Positions 8,909-18,784 of a stretch of DNA of 64,000 bases are shown piece after piece. A program made the position numbers and the translations under genes. Position 1 is the first letter of the stretch. Every line of letters starts with the position of its first letter. The notes under the pieces are model-generated. The model saw only the letters and a list, made by a program, of their open reading frames with translations. It had not been told where the DNA came from and made no database searches. This DNA comes from Spirochaetia bacterium (GTDB lineage Bacteria > Spirochaetota > Spirochaetia > SZUA-6 > Bin103), in the NCBI GenBank assembly GCA_965203905.1, contig CBDBDQ010000005.1:4064001-4128000 (forward strand), read 5' to 3'.

Positions 8909-9934
8909 CTATTGCCGGCGGCGCGCGGCAGAATCGGCGCCGCCGTCGGCCGCGCGCGGCGCCGACCGGCCGCCACGCGGGCCGCGCTGGCGCTGGCGGC
9001 CGCGGCGCCGCGGTGGCTGCCCGTCGGCGGCTGCCGGCGCCGGCGGCGGCGCACCGTCCGTGGCAGCGGGTGGTCCCACCTTGTCCACCGTGATGTCGAC
9101 CTGGTTGATCAGCAGTCCGGAAAACCGTTCCACGCTGGAGATGATGTAGTCGCGGAGCTGGTGCAGGCGACCGGCCACCGGCGTGTCGAACGGCACCCGC
9201 AACACCACCTCCAGGCCCGGTTGGCGCAGATCGCCGATCACCACCAGGCGCTCGATCTGGAACTCGGGGGCGAACTCGTGCACGCAGTGCAGCACCATCT
9301 GGGTCAGCGCCGCCTCGGAGACGGTCACCTGTCCCCGCCGCTCGAATTCGGGACTGACCACCGTCTTTTCGAATATGCGCCCGCGGCGGCGCAGGAAGTT
9401 GTTGCGCAGGAAGATGGTGATCGAGTCGATGACGATGTTGGCGTAGTCGCGCTTTACCTCGATGGGCGGCACCGGAATGATGTGGCGGCCCTGGGTGCGG
9501 CGCGAGCGCAGCGCGGCGTCGATCTCCTCCTCCGTTGCCACGTCCTCGATGGTGATGATCCTCTGAACCCGCGGCAGCCCGAGCCGTTCCGTGATGCGGG
9601 AGACCATCTTTTCGGAGGTGGCGATGATCAGGATGCGTTGCGCCCGGGTGCGCTCCAGCACCCGGCGTACCTCGCGGGCGTGCGCTTCGTCATGGAACAC
9701 CGCGGTCTTGACCGCCTCGATGCCACCCTGCTCCCGCTTGGCGGAGCGTCCCGCGAGGATCTTCTGCCCCTGGATCAGCAGGCCGTCGTCGATGATTGCC
9801 TCGATGTTGTACTTGCGGGCGATCAACTGGGCGCGGAAACTCTTGCCGGTACCGCTCTTGCCCACCAGTGCCATGACCTGGACCCCGCGCAGCGCCCACA
9901 GGACACCTCGTACCATGCGCCGCAGATCTGCCAC
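8909..9934 (-). CDS. P-loop protein with C-terminal Asp23/Gls24-like domain
   Basis: ALVGKSGTGKSFRA, IIDDGLLI, HIIPVP; C-terminal VERFSGLLINQVDITV. Confidence 0.7.
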   Translation of the reverse strand: MADLRRMVRGVLWALRGVQVMALVGKSGTGKSFRAQLIARKYNIEAIIDDGLLIQGQKILAGRSAKREQGGIEAVKTAVFHDEAHAREVRRVLERTRAQRILIIATSEKMVSRITERLGLPRVQRIITIEDVATEEEIDAALRSRRTQGRHIIPVPPIEVKRDYANIVIDSITIFLRNNFLRRRGRIFEKTVVSPEFERRGQVTVSEAALTQMVLHCVHEFAPEFQIERLVVIGDLRQPGLEVVLRVPFDTPVAGRLHQLRDYIISSVERFSGLLINQVDITVDKVGPPAATDGAPPPAPAAADGQPPRRRGRQRQRGPRGGRSAPRAADGGADSAARRRQ

Positions 9935-9935
9935 G

Positions 9936-11006
9936 TCAGCTCCCCGTTCCGACCGCTTGCGGCCGGCTCGGGCCGGCCTTCCACGAGTGTGCGGTCTTGC
10001 GCAGTTGTGTCAGCACGGCCGCCTCGGCGCGCCGCGCAGTGCCGCCTCCGAAGCGGCGGTCGAGCGCCAGCCGGGCGGCAGGCGGCAGCGGGGCCACGAT
10101 CGCGACTTCCCGTTCCCGGAGATCGGTTTCCCGGAGATCGTTGCGGATCGCGGCGGCGTGCAGCAGGGGCTGGCTGCGGGCCGGGCCGGCCGCGCCGTAG
10201 CGTGCGTCCCCCAGCAGGGGATGCCCGCGGAGCGCCGCCTGGGCACGGATCTGGTGGCGGCGACCGGTGAGCAGTTGCATCAGCAGCAGGGTGGCGGGAG
10301 TTTCGGCAGCGGTTCGGGCCAGCTCCCAGACCCGCGTGCGCGCCGCGCGCCCGTGGTCGTCGGCCCGTGTCCGCCGCTGCTGCCGGTCGTAGCGCAAGGT
10401 GTCGGTCCACGTCGTGCCGGCGGGGGCAGATGACACGGTTCCGGCCACCACCGCCAGATACAGCTTGAGCACCTGCCCGCTGCGCAGCGCCAGCGACCAC
10501 TGCCGCGCGGCATGAAGGCGCTCCGCGATCACCAGCACTCCACTGGTGATGCGATCGAGCTGATGCACCGGCGCCGGAGCGAAGCTCAGGGCAGCGTCCC
10601 GCGGGGGCAGTTCCCGACCCAATCGGCCCATCACCGAATCCCCGTCGCCATGGACCGCCAGGCCGGCCGGTTTGGCGACCGCCACGACACCGCCGCCGCG
10701 GTACAGAATGGGTGGCGTCGCTCCCGACTCGCGCCGTGCTCCCCGCTCGCGGTCGGGCCGCGGCCGCGGTGGAGAAGCGTTCCGCGCCAGGGCCGCGTGC
10801 ACCCAGATCGTGTCGGCCGGCCGGGTACGGGCGGCCGGCTCCACGCGCGACCCGTTGACGCGAATGTCCCCCTCGCGCAACGCTTGGTAGAGTCGCGACA
10901 GCGGTATCCGCGGCAGCAGCCGGCGTACCACCCGGTCGACTCGCCGGTCGACGTCATCGGCCTGGACTCGGAACGACGCATGCGACGATTGCGGCGGGCT
11001 GCTCAC
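9936..11006 (-). CDS. RluA/RluC-family pseudouridine synthase with S4 domain
   Basis: S4 region RRVDRVVRRLL...IRVNG, KPAGLAVH, VHQLDRITSG, TGRRHQIR, GDARYG. Start GTG 11006 lies 6 nt after a TTGACA-18-TACGGT promoter. Confidence 0.88.
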   Translation of the reverse strand: MSSPPQSSHASFRVQADDVDRRVDRVVRRLLPRIPLSRLYQALREGDIRVNGSRVEPAARTRPADTIWVHAALARNASPPRPRPDRERGARRESGATPPILYRGGGVVAVAKPAGLAVHGDGDSVMGRLGRELPPRDAALSFAPAPVHQLDRITSGVLVIAERLHAARQWSLALRSGQVLKLYLAVVAGTVSSAPAGTTWTDTLRYDRQQRRTRADDHGRAARTRVWELARTAAETPATLLLMQLLTGRRHQIRAQAALRGHPLLGDARYGAAGPARSQPLLHAAAIRNDLRETDLREREVAIVAPLPPAARLALDRRFGGGTARRAEAAVLTQLRKTAHSWKAGPSRPQAVGTGS

Positions 11007-11133
11007 CGGGCAACCGTAGCGCCGGCCTGATTTTGCTGTCAACGGAGCGGCGCTGCCGCGAGGTCGCGCGGGCGGCCGGTCGCGATGTGGCGGAACAAGT
11101 GGCACCGTGGCCGCGGCATGGGGGACAGAAGGG

Positions 11134-12723
11134 GTGCGCCACATCGCGACGCTGGCTTTGGCCGCGGGGGTGCTGATCGCGGGCACCTCGATGCTTGGAT
11201 CGCTGGCCGTGTTCGCCGAGGCACTGCAGGTGTGGCGCGGCTACTACATCCTGATCGTCGAGGAAGGTCACCCTGCCGGGGACCCATTCCATTCAGTGGT
11301 CCAACGCCTGCACGCCGCCGGTTTCGGCACGGTGGTCACGGCGCAGACCGCCGCCGAGCGCGTGACGACCTTCGACGGCTACGAGCGGGTAGCGGTCGCC
11401 GATCTCGCAGCCCGGCTGGACCCGCTCGACCCGCGTTACGATCCCTACCTGCGCCGGGTAGCCGACTGGTTCACCACCGGGACCGCCGCGGGCGCTGCGC
11501 GACTGGCGTACGTGGCGAGCTCCCTGCCGCCGGGCGAGTTCGCGCTTCGTAGCGGGCGCGCGCTGTGGAACAGCGGCCTCCGCTGGCGCATCGTGGAGCT
11601 TCCATGGGAGCGCGCGGCCGCGGCGCTGTTGCTGTTCGCGGCCGCCGCCGTGCTGCAGATCTGGCGCCGCGATCCCTGCGCCCCGCGCTGGTGGCGGCTG
11701 TTGCTGGCGTTCCCGTGGGCGCTGCTGGTGGTCCACGGCGAGCTGGCGGCGGCGCTCATTGCGGTGCCCGCGTACCTCGCCGGTGCCTGGTTGGCCGGCC
11801 CCGTTGCGGCCGCTGCCCGGCGACCGTGGCGGGGGCGCTGGAGTTCCTCCACGACGGTGCTGGCCGTGCTGCTCGCCGTGGTCGTGCTGGGCGCCGGCGG
11901 CCCCGAGCTGGCGGCCCGCGGCGGCGTGCCGTGGCCGGCCGCGCTTCCGGTGCGCGAGCTGCGACGGATGGCGCTCTACCTGATCGCGGGCGGCCTGTGG
12001 ACCGCGGCGCTGGCCGGCGTCGGCCTGGCGGTGCGCTGGCTGGCTGCTGCCGCCGCCCGGGTGCGGGACACGGCTCGCGACCGCCTGCGGCGCGGTTCCA
12101 CGCCCGCGGCAATCGGCGCGCGCCGGCGCCTCTCCGGCCTCGGTTCGAGTGCCGTAGTGTGCCTGACCGGCGTCGCCCTGGTGCTGGCCGCGGCGCGCGG
12201 CGAGCCGGTGCCGCGGCCGGCGGCGGTTCCCTCGGGCGCAGGCTTCACGCTTGCCGAGCTGCCCGCCGTCGGGCCCGGGGGGCCGCACGGGCTGCCGGTC
12301 ATCAGCCACTACGTGGCGCATGCGGCCTACCAGGAGACCCTGCAGTTCGGCCGTGCGTTTGCCGTGCCGGCACCGGACGAGCGGGTGACCGTGGATCAGT
12401 ATCGGCGCGCGCAGGACGGTCGCGTGGTGCACGAAGCGGTCGAGGTGGCCCGCTTCTCGGAGCGCTGGCTGCAGGCCACGCTGGACGCGGTGCCGCGCGT
12501 CAGCCTGCCCGCCCTGCTGGTGGCGCAAGGAGGGCCCGTAGCGGCCCGCCACGGACCGTCGCCGCCCATGGCTCGGGACGAGGCGACGGTCTGGATCGTC
12601 CTCACGCTGCTGCTGGCAGCCGGCACCATCGGCCGCCGCCGGCTGCCGAAGCCGGGCAGGCCGGCGGTTGCCAATGCCGCCGCCCCGGGCACGGGTTGTC
12701 GCCGAATGAAATTCTGCCCTTGA
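11134..12723 (+). CDS. multi-pass membrane protein, function unknown
   Basis: Long ORF with several hydrophobic segments and a DPLDPRYDPY block; start codon uncertain (11107 or 11134). Confidence 0.6.
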   Translation: MRHIATLALAAGVLIAGTSMLGSLAVFAEALQVWRGYYILIVEEGHPAGDPFHSVVQRLHAAGFGTVVTAQTAAERVTTFDGYERVAVADLAARLDPLDPRYDPYLRRVADWFTTGTAAGAARLAYVASSLPPGEFALRSGRALWNSGLRWRIVELPWERAAAALLLFAAAAVLQIWRRDPCAPRWWRLLLAFPWALLVVHGELAAALIAVPAYLAGAWLAGPVAAAARRPWRGRWSSSTTVLAVLLAVVVLGAGGPELAARGGVPWPAALPVRELRRMALYLIAGGLWTAALAGVGLAVRWLAAAAARVRDTARDRLRRGSTPAAIGARRRLSGLGSSAVVCLTGVALVLAAARGEPVPRPAAVPSGAGFTLAELPAVGPGGPHGLPVISHYVAHAAYQETLQFGRAFAVPAPDERVTVDQYRRAQDGRVVHEAVEVARFSERWLQATLDAVPRVSLPALLVAQGGPVAARHGPSPPMARDEATVWIVLTLLLAAGTIGRRRLPKPGRPAVANAAAPGTGCRRMKFCP

Positions 12724-12769
12724 TGGCCGGCGTTCCGATCGTCATGCTTACCGGCGTCGAGGCAACATA

Positions 12770-13901
12770 GTGCTGCAAGAAATAGAGCAACAGATTACTG
12801 ACCTCAGGGCAGCGATCGACGAGTCCTGGAGGTATCTTTGAACGGGACCGGGTGGAACAGCGCCTGCGCGAGCTGGAGCGGCAGACCGAGGAGCCGGACC
12901 TGTGGCAGGACCGGGAGCGTGCCGAGAGCGTCCTGACGCGACTCAAGAGCCTCAAGCGACGCTACGAGCCGTGGCAGAAGCTGCGTGCGGAGGTCGTAGA
13001 CCTGGCCGAGCTGTACGAACTGGCGGTCGCCGAGGAGGCCGTGGACCTGGAGCAGGAGATCACCGCGACTGCCGCTTCCCTGCAGCGCACCTGCGCAGAC
13101 CTGCAGCAGCTCGAGTGGATGAACGGGCCGCACGATGCCGCCGCCTGCTTTCTCACCGTCCACGCCGGCGCCGGCGGGACCGAGGCGTGCGACTGGGTGG
13201 CAATGCTGTTGCGCATGTACACCCGCTGGGCCGACCGGCACGAGTTCAAGGTGGAGATCATCGATCTCATGGAGGTGGAGGGCGGGGTCAAGTCGGTTAC
13301 CGCGGAGGTGACCGGCGACTACGCGTTCGGCTTCCTGCGTGCCGAAAGCGGCATCCACCGGCTGGTGCGAATCTCCCCGTTCGACGCCAGCAAGCGGCGC
13401 CACACGTCGTTCGCGTCGGTGGCCGCATCACCGGTCATCGACGACTCCATCGAAGTGGACATTCGGTCGGAGGACGTGCGCGTGGACACCTACCGTGCCA
13501 GCGGGGCCGGCGGCCAGCATGTCAACAAGACCGACAGTGCGGTCCGCATGACGCACCTGCCGACCGGGATCGTGGTGCAGTGCCAGAACGAGCGCAGCCA
13601 GCACAAGAATCGCGCTACCGCAATGAAGGTGCTGCGCTCCCGCCTCTACGATCACTTCGAAGAGCAGCAGCGCCGCGAACGGCGCGATCTGGAGGGCGAC
13701 AAGCGCGATATTTCGTGGGGGAACCAGATCCGCTCGTACGTGTTTCAGCCCTATACCATGGTCAAGGACCACCGCACCAAGTTCGAGATCGGCAACGTTC
13801 AGGGGGTGATGGACGGGGCCATCGATCCGTTCATCACCGCGTACCTGAAGCAGGTCGGAGCGGGCGGCGCCGCGGCCACGACCAACGGCGAGGGGCGCTG
13901 A
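12770..13901 (+). CDS. prfB: peptide chain release factor 2, translated through a programmed +1 frameshift at 12836-12842
   Basis: 23-codon first frame from GTG 12770 ends GGAGG-TAT-CTT-TGA-A; the +1 frame continues GAA CGG GAC CGG GTG into the ORF containing SPF and GGQ motifs. Confidence 0.96.
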
Positions 13902-15301
13902 TGGAGCTGCCGCGCCCCGGCAGGCCGTTCGCAGTTGCCATGGCAGGCCTGCTGGCGCTTTCTCAGAGCGGCTATGGCGACTCGCCTCCGGCGGACCCGC
14001 GCGCCGACTGGCGGGTGGGCATCACCGCCCTGCGCGCGGTGCACCTGTCAGCGCAGAACGCCTATCTCGCCAGCGCCATTCCGCGTCTGTTGCTGGAGCG
14101 TCTGGCCCCCGTCCGCCGGCACCGGCTGAGCGCCGCTGAACGACTCGGTCGCGCCCGGCTGGTGCTGACCGACGCCACCCGGGTCGCGAGCGAACGTCTG
14201 GCCGAGCTCCAGCGGCGCCGCGATCGGGCGGCGTTGGCACGGACCGAGACCGACGAACTGGAGCAGCAGCTCGCGGAGGCGCACGACCGGCTGCAGGCAC
14301 TGCGTGAGCTGCCGCTCGAGGAGCTGGAGATTGCGGACCACAAGCCGCTGGTCATGACCGAGGTGGGCAGTGACGATCCGCTGCTGCCGGCACCCCGGTT
14401 CTCGCCGCTGCAGGCGGCCCGCGAGGCCGACCTCGACCTGTTGATTACCGGCGAACTGGAGGAGGTCGACGGCGTGCTGTTCATGCAGATCCGTGCGCTG
14501 GACGCGAACCTCGAGCGCCAGGTGCTCTCCTTTCGCGACGTGGTACGCGGTGAGCGACTCGACGAAACCCTCTCCGAGGTCGAGCGGCAGCTCGCCGAGC
14601 TGTTGCTCGGCGAGCCGTGGGGGACGCTCAGGGTGGCGCCCACGCCGGCGCAGAGCGCCGTATACGTGGACGGCGTGTTTGCCGGGCTCGGTGTGGTCGA
14701 GTTGCCGTACCAGGTGCTCGGACCGCACACCGTCCGCGTCACGGCACCGGGCCACGAGCCGCTGGAGCGCACGGTGACGCTGGCCGCCAGCGGGTCCACC
14801 CTGGCGCCGGCCCTGGAGCCGTTGGCGCCGCGGCCGGTCACCGTGGTCTCCGAGCCGCCGGGCGCGACGCTCTACCTCGACTCGCGCTACCTCGGGATCA
14901 CGCCTCTGCAGGTGGCGGCTTCCGAGCGACCCGCCCGCGTGCTGGTACGACTGGAAGGCTATCGCGATGCCGCCCTCGTGCTCCGTTCCGACAGTGCCTC
15001 CCCGCTGCGGATCGGCCTGGTGCGCGACGAGTACGACCTGGCACAGTTCCAGCAGCAGCAGCGCGATCGTTTCTACGTACACTTCGGTACCGCGGTGCTG
15101 TCGCTGGCGGGCCCCATGATCCTGTTCAGTGCGGCGGGGGAAGCGGGACAACGGGTGGCGGCGGGCGGGTCCGCCGGCGCCAGTCACGGCCTGCTGATCG
15201 GCGGCGGAGTCGCCAGCCTGCTGGTGAGCGGCGTGCTGCTGGTACGCACGGTGGCGGCGTTGGGGGATTACCTGGCGGCCGCGGGCGACGGGGCACGCTG
15301 A
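13901..15301 (+). CDS. PEGA-domain exported/membrane protein
   Basis: TGATG overlap with prfB; signal-like N-terminus; PEGA motifs SAVYVDG and SEPPGATLYLDSRYLGITP; two C-terminal hydrophobic segments. Confidence 0.75.
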   Translation: MELPRPGRPFAVAMAGLLALSQSGYGDSPPADPRADWRVGITALRAVHLSAQNAYLASAIPRLLLERLAPVRRHRLSAAERLGRARLVLTDATRVASERLAELQRRRDRAALARTETDELEQQLAEAHDRLQALRELPLEELEIADHKPLVMTEVGSDDPLLPAPRFSPLQAAREADLDLLITGELEEVDGVLFMQIRALDANLERQVLSFRDVVRGERLDETLSEVERQLAELLLGEPWGTLRVAPTPAQSAVYVDGVFAGLGVVELPYQVLGPHTVRVTAPGHEPLERTVTLAASGSTLAPALEPLAPRPVTVVSEPPGATLYLDSRYLGITPLQVAASERPARVLVRLEGYRDAALVLRSDSASPLRIGLVRDEYDLAQFQQQQRDRFYVHFGTAVLSLAGPMILFSAAGEAGQRVAAGGSAGASHGLLIGGGVASLLVSGVLLVRTVAALGDYLAAAGDGAR

Positions 15302-16176
15302 TGGCGCGAAGAGGCGCCGAACGCACCTTCGGTGGGCGGCTGCGGGCGTGGTTCACGCGCACCACGGCGTGGCGGGAGGCGGACTTCGAGGCCCTGGAGG
15401 ACACGCTGCTGGAGGGCGACTTCGGACCGCGGCTGGCGGCCGAGCTGGTGGACGAAGTGCGTGCCAGGCGCCCGCGTGACTGGGAGCAGCTCCAGCTCGG
15501 CCTGGAGGAGGTGCTGCAGCACACGCTGACCACCGCGGTCATCATGCCGCGCCGGCGTCAGCTCACCGTGGTGCTGATGCTCGGCGTCAACGGCGTCGGC
15601 AAGACCACGGCGCTGGCCAAGCTGGCGCACCGGTTCCAGCGCTCCTATGCGGTGATGTTTGCGGCCGCCGACACCTTCCGCGCCGCCGCCATTGAGCAGC
15701 TCCAGCGCCACGGTGAACGCCTGGGGCTTCCCGTGATCCGCCAGGCCCGCGGCGCCGATGCCGCCGCGGTGGCCTACGATGCCATCAGCAGCGCCCGCGC
15801 TCGCGGTATCGAGCTGCTCCTGGTGGACACTGCCGGCCGCATGCACAACCGTGCCGACCTGGTCGCCGAACTGCGCAAGCTGGCGCGGGTGGTCGCGGAG
15901 CGCGCGGCCGGCGCCGGGGCGATCCACCACCTGCTGGCGGTGGACGCCACGACCGGCCAGAACGCCATCGAGCAGGCGCGCATCTTTCACGAGGCCCTGC
16001 GCGTGGATTCGCTGCTGCTGTCCAAGTTCGACTCCTCGGCGCGCGGCGGTACGGCATTCGCGGTGAGCCGTCAACTCGGGCTGCCGTTCTCGCTGCTGGG
16101 CACCGGAGAGGGGATGGACGACCTGGAGCCGTTCGACGCCCAGCGCTTCGCAGCGGCCGTGGTCGGTCGGGAGTGA
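15301..16176 (+). CDS. ftsY: signal recognition particle receptor FtsY
   Basis: GVNGVGKTT, DTFRAAAIEQL, DTAGR, DATTGQNA, GTGEGMDDL. Confidence 0.95.
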   Translation: MARRGAERTFGGRLRAWFTRTTAWREADFEALEDTLLEGDFGPRLAAELVDEVRARRPRDWEQLQLGLEEVLQHTLTTAVIMPRRRQLTVVLMLGVNGVGKTTALAKLAHRFQRSYAVMFAAADTFRAAAIEQLQRHGERLGLPVIRQARGADAAAVAYDAISSARARGIELLLVDTAGRMHNRADLVAELRKLARVVAERAAGAGAIHHLLAVDATTGQNAIEQARIFHEALRVDSLLLSKFDSSARGGTAFAVSRQLGLPFSLLGTGEGMDDLEPFDAQRFAAAVVGRE

Positions 16177-17366
16177 GGCCGAGGTCCCGGCGCCGGCCTG
16201 GCCGCGCAGCGCGGCGCACCGGTCGGGCCGCGGCTGCCGCGGCGCTGGCATGGGTCGCGGCCGTGCCGCTGGCCGCGGCCGAGTACTATCGCGCGGACCG
16301 CTTCGGTACGCCGCTGGAGCCGCTCGCCGGGAACCCCGGACCCGGCGCCGGCTTCGTGCTGGCCGTGGACACCGCGGCCGAGGCGGAGGCTGCCGGCCTG
16401 CAGGCGCGCCGGCGGCTGCTGCAGGGCGGGGAGACGGTCCACGAATGGCGCCGCACGGCCGCCGGCGGGGGCAGCCTGGAGCAGGAGCTGGAGGCGGGCA
16501 GGATGGTTGCCGAGCGCCGCTACGACGGCGCCGGGCTGCTGCTGGAGGAGCGGCGCTTCGCCGCCACCGGAGAGTTGCACCGGCGCGACGTGCTGCACTA
16601 TCGCGGCTCCACCCTGTACCAGGTTGAGACCTACGATGCCACCGGCGCACTGCTGGCGACGGACCGCTTCGACCTTACCGCGGCCGGCCGCCTGCGTCGC
16701 TTCACCCGGATCCCCCTGCCCGATGCGAGCGGTGCCACCGCTCCGGCCGTGCTGAGCCTGGTGTTCGGCCGGGGACAGGTGATCGAAGAGCGCCATGGCG
16801 CCGGCGACGACGAGCTGATCGTGCGCTCCTCCGGAGGAACCGAATATGCGCGCGAGGAGTGGGCCGGCGACCGGTTGCTGGCCGAGCACCGTTCGCCACC
16901 GACCGCGGCGGACGAGCCGGTGGCAACCAGCATCGACGGTCTCGCGGAGACCCGTACCGAGACCACCTACGACGCCGCCGGACGCCCGGAGGTGGTTCGG
17001 AGTTACGCCGTGAGCGGCGCGGACGACGGCGACCGGTTGCTGGAAGAGCGCCGGTTCCGCTACCACGCCGATGGCTCCCTCGCCGCGCTGGAGGTGGCCG
17101 GAGATTCCGGCATCGAGACCTACCGTTACACTTACGACGCCGGTGGCCGGCGCGTCCGCGAGGAATACCGGCGTCGCGGGCGGGTGGTGCGGGTCACCAC
17201 CTATCCCACGCCCGAGGAACGGATCGACGAGGTGTACAGCGCGGACGCTACCGTGTTGCGGGTGTTCTGGCGGAACCAGGTACGGGTGCGCGAGGAGCTG
17301 CTGCGCGACGGAGCTCTCATCCGCACCCACGAACCGGCTCCGGCCACCGCGGCGGGGTCGTCGTGA
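16173..17366 (+). CDS. exported protein with YD/RHS-like beta repeats
   Basis: Arg-rich then hydrophobic signal peptide; repeated YDGAG, YDATG, YDAAGR, YHADG, YDAGGRR motifs. Confidence 0.65.
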   Translation: MRPRSRRRPGRAARRTGRAAAAAALAWVAAVPLAAAEYYRADRFGTPLEPLAGNPGPGAGFVLAVDTAAEAEAAGLQARRRLLQGGETVHEWRRTAAGGGSLEQELEAGRMVAERRYDGAGLLLEERRFAATGELHRRDVLHYRGSTLYQVETYDATGALLATDRFDLTAAGRLRRFTRIPLPDASGATAPAVLSLVFGRGQVIEERHGAGDDELIVRSSGGTEYAREEWAGDRLLAEHRSPPTAADEPVATSIDGLAETRTETTYDAAGRPEVVRSYAVSGADDGDRLLEERRFRYHADGSLAALEVAGDSGIETYRYTYDAGGRRVREEYRRRGRVVRVTTYPTPEERIDEVYSADATVLRVFWRNQVRVREELLRDGALIRTHEPAPATAAGSS

Positions 17367-18739
17367 CGGGCCTGCTGCCGCATCATCTGAGGCTGGTGGT
17401 GCGGACCGGGGCGCACCACCTCGGCATTGGCCGCGGCGGACTGCAGACGGCGCCGTTGCTGGCGGTGAGTGGGCTGGCGGTCGGCACCGCTACGCTGCTC
17501 GTGGTGCTGGCGGTGATGAATGGATTTCAGCTCGGTTTCATCGAAGACATCCTCGAAATAGGCTCCTATCACCTCCGCGTCACGCCGCGCGCCGACGCCG
17601 CCCGCGCTGGCACCGGCGAATCCGAGCGCGTCGCCGCCCTGCTGTCCGCGCTGCCCGGTGTCACCGCCGTGGTCCCGTTCGCGGAGATTCCGGCCCTGGT
17701 CGGCAGGGCAGGGAGCGGCGGCGGGTCACGGTCGCGCGGCCTGCTGTTGCGCGTTGTGCCGCCGGAGGTGCGCCGCCTCGACCCCGGGTTCGCGCGCCAC
17801 GTGGAAGTGGTAGCGGGAGAATTCGCCGTCGATACGGCGGCAAGCATCGTCCTGGGCGCCGAGCTGGCCTCGCACCTCCGGGTGTTCCCCGGGGACCAGG
17901 TGACGGTGGTCACGCTCAGCGGTCTGGCCGGCGGCACCGCCGGCGCCGGCCTGCGGCCGCGCCAGGAGCGGCTCACGGTACGCGGGGTGTTCCGCAGCGG
18001 GCTGTACCAGTACGACCTCGGATGGGGCTTCGTCGGCCCTTCCACCGCGCTGGCGGCGACTCCGAGCTCGACCGCGGGCACGCCGCGGATCTACGGCGCA
18101 AAACTGGACAATCGGTTTCGCGACGCGGCGGCGGCGGCGGCGGCGCGCGGCGCGCTGGCGGCAGAGGAGATCGCCGCCGACGTGGAGTCGTGGCGGGTCT
18201 TCAACCGGGCCCTGTTTGCCGCACTGCGCGTGGAGAAGTTGCTCATGGTGGCGATCCTGGGGCTGGTATTTGTCGTGGTGGCGTACAATGTCCTGCAGGG
18301 ACTGCGCCGCCGGGTGGTGGAGCGCAGTGCGGAGATCGGACTGCTGCGCGCTCTCGGTGCGCCGCCGTGGGCGGTGCGCGGCGTGTTCGTCTGGGAGGGT
18401 GTGTTGCTCGGACTGCTGGGCGCCGCGGCCGGCATCGCCCTGGGGCTGCTGCTGGCGCACAACATCGACGACCTGTTCGCGGCGCTGGAAGCGGTGGCCA
18501 ACGCCGCCCTGGCATTGGCGGCGTGGCTCTCCGGTGCGGCCGGTACCGGCACCGGCGTCACCTCGGTGGAGATCTTCTCGCCGGCGACCTTCTACCTGGT
18601 CGAGGTGCCGAGCCGCCTGATCCTGACGGAGGTGCTGCTGGTGGCGGCGTTCACGGTGGCCGCCCCGGCGCTTTCCGGGCTGGCCGCGGCTACCCGTGCC
18701 GGCCGCGTGGCGGCGGCCGCCGCGTTGCGCGCCGAGTGA
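17363..18739 (+). CDS. LolC/LolE-family ABC permease
   Basis: VVLAVMNGFQ, VFRSGLYQYD, LFAALRVEK, EIGLLRALGA. Confidence 0.88.
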   Translation: MTGLLPHHLRLVVRTGAHHLGIGRGGLQTAPLLAVSGLAVGTATLLVVLAVMNGFQLGFIEDILEIGSYHLRVTPRADAARAGTGESERVAALLSALPGVTAVVPFAEIPALVGRAGSGGGSRSRGLLLRVVPPEVRRLDPGFARHVEVVAGEFAVDTAASIVLGAELASHLRVFPGDQVTVVTLSGLAGGTAGAGLRPRQERLTVRGVFRSGLYQYDLGWGFVGPSTALAATPSSTAGTPRIYGAKLDNRFRDAAAAAAARGALAAEEIAADVESWRVFNRALFAALRVEKLLMVAILGLVFVVVAYNVLQGLRRRVVERSAEIGLLRALGAPPWAVRGVFVWEGVLLGLLGAAAGIALGLLLAHNIDDLFAALEAVANAALALAAWLSGAAGTGTGVTSVEIFSPATFYLVEVPSRLILTEVLLVAAFTVAAPALSGLAAATRAGRVAAAAALRAE

Positions 18740-18784
18740 TCGGTCCGCCACCCCGCCGTGGCCGGCAGGTGACGCTTTGAGGCG

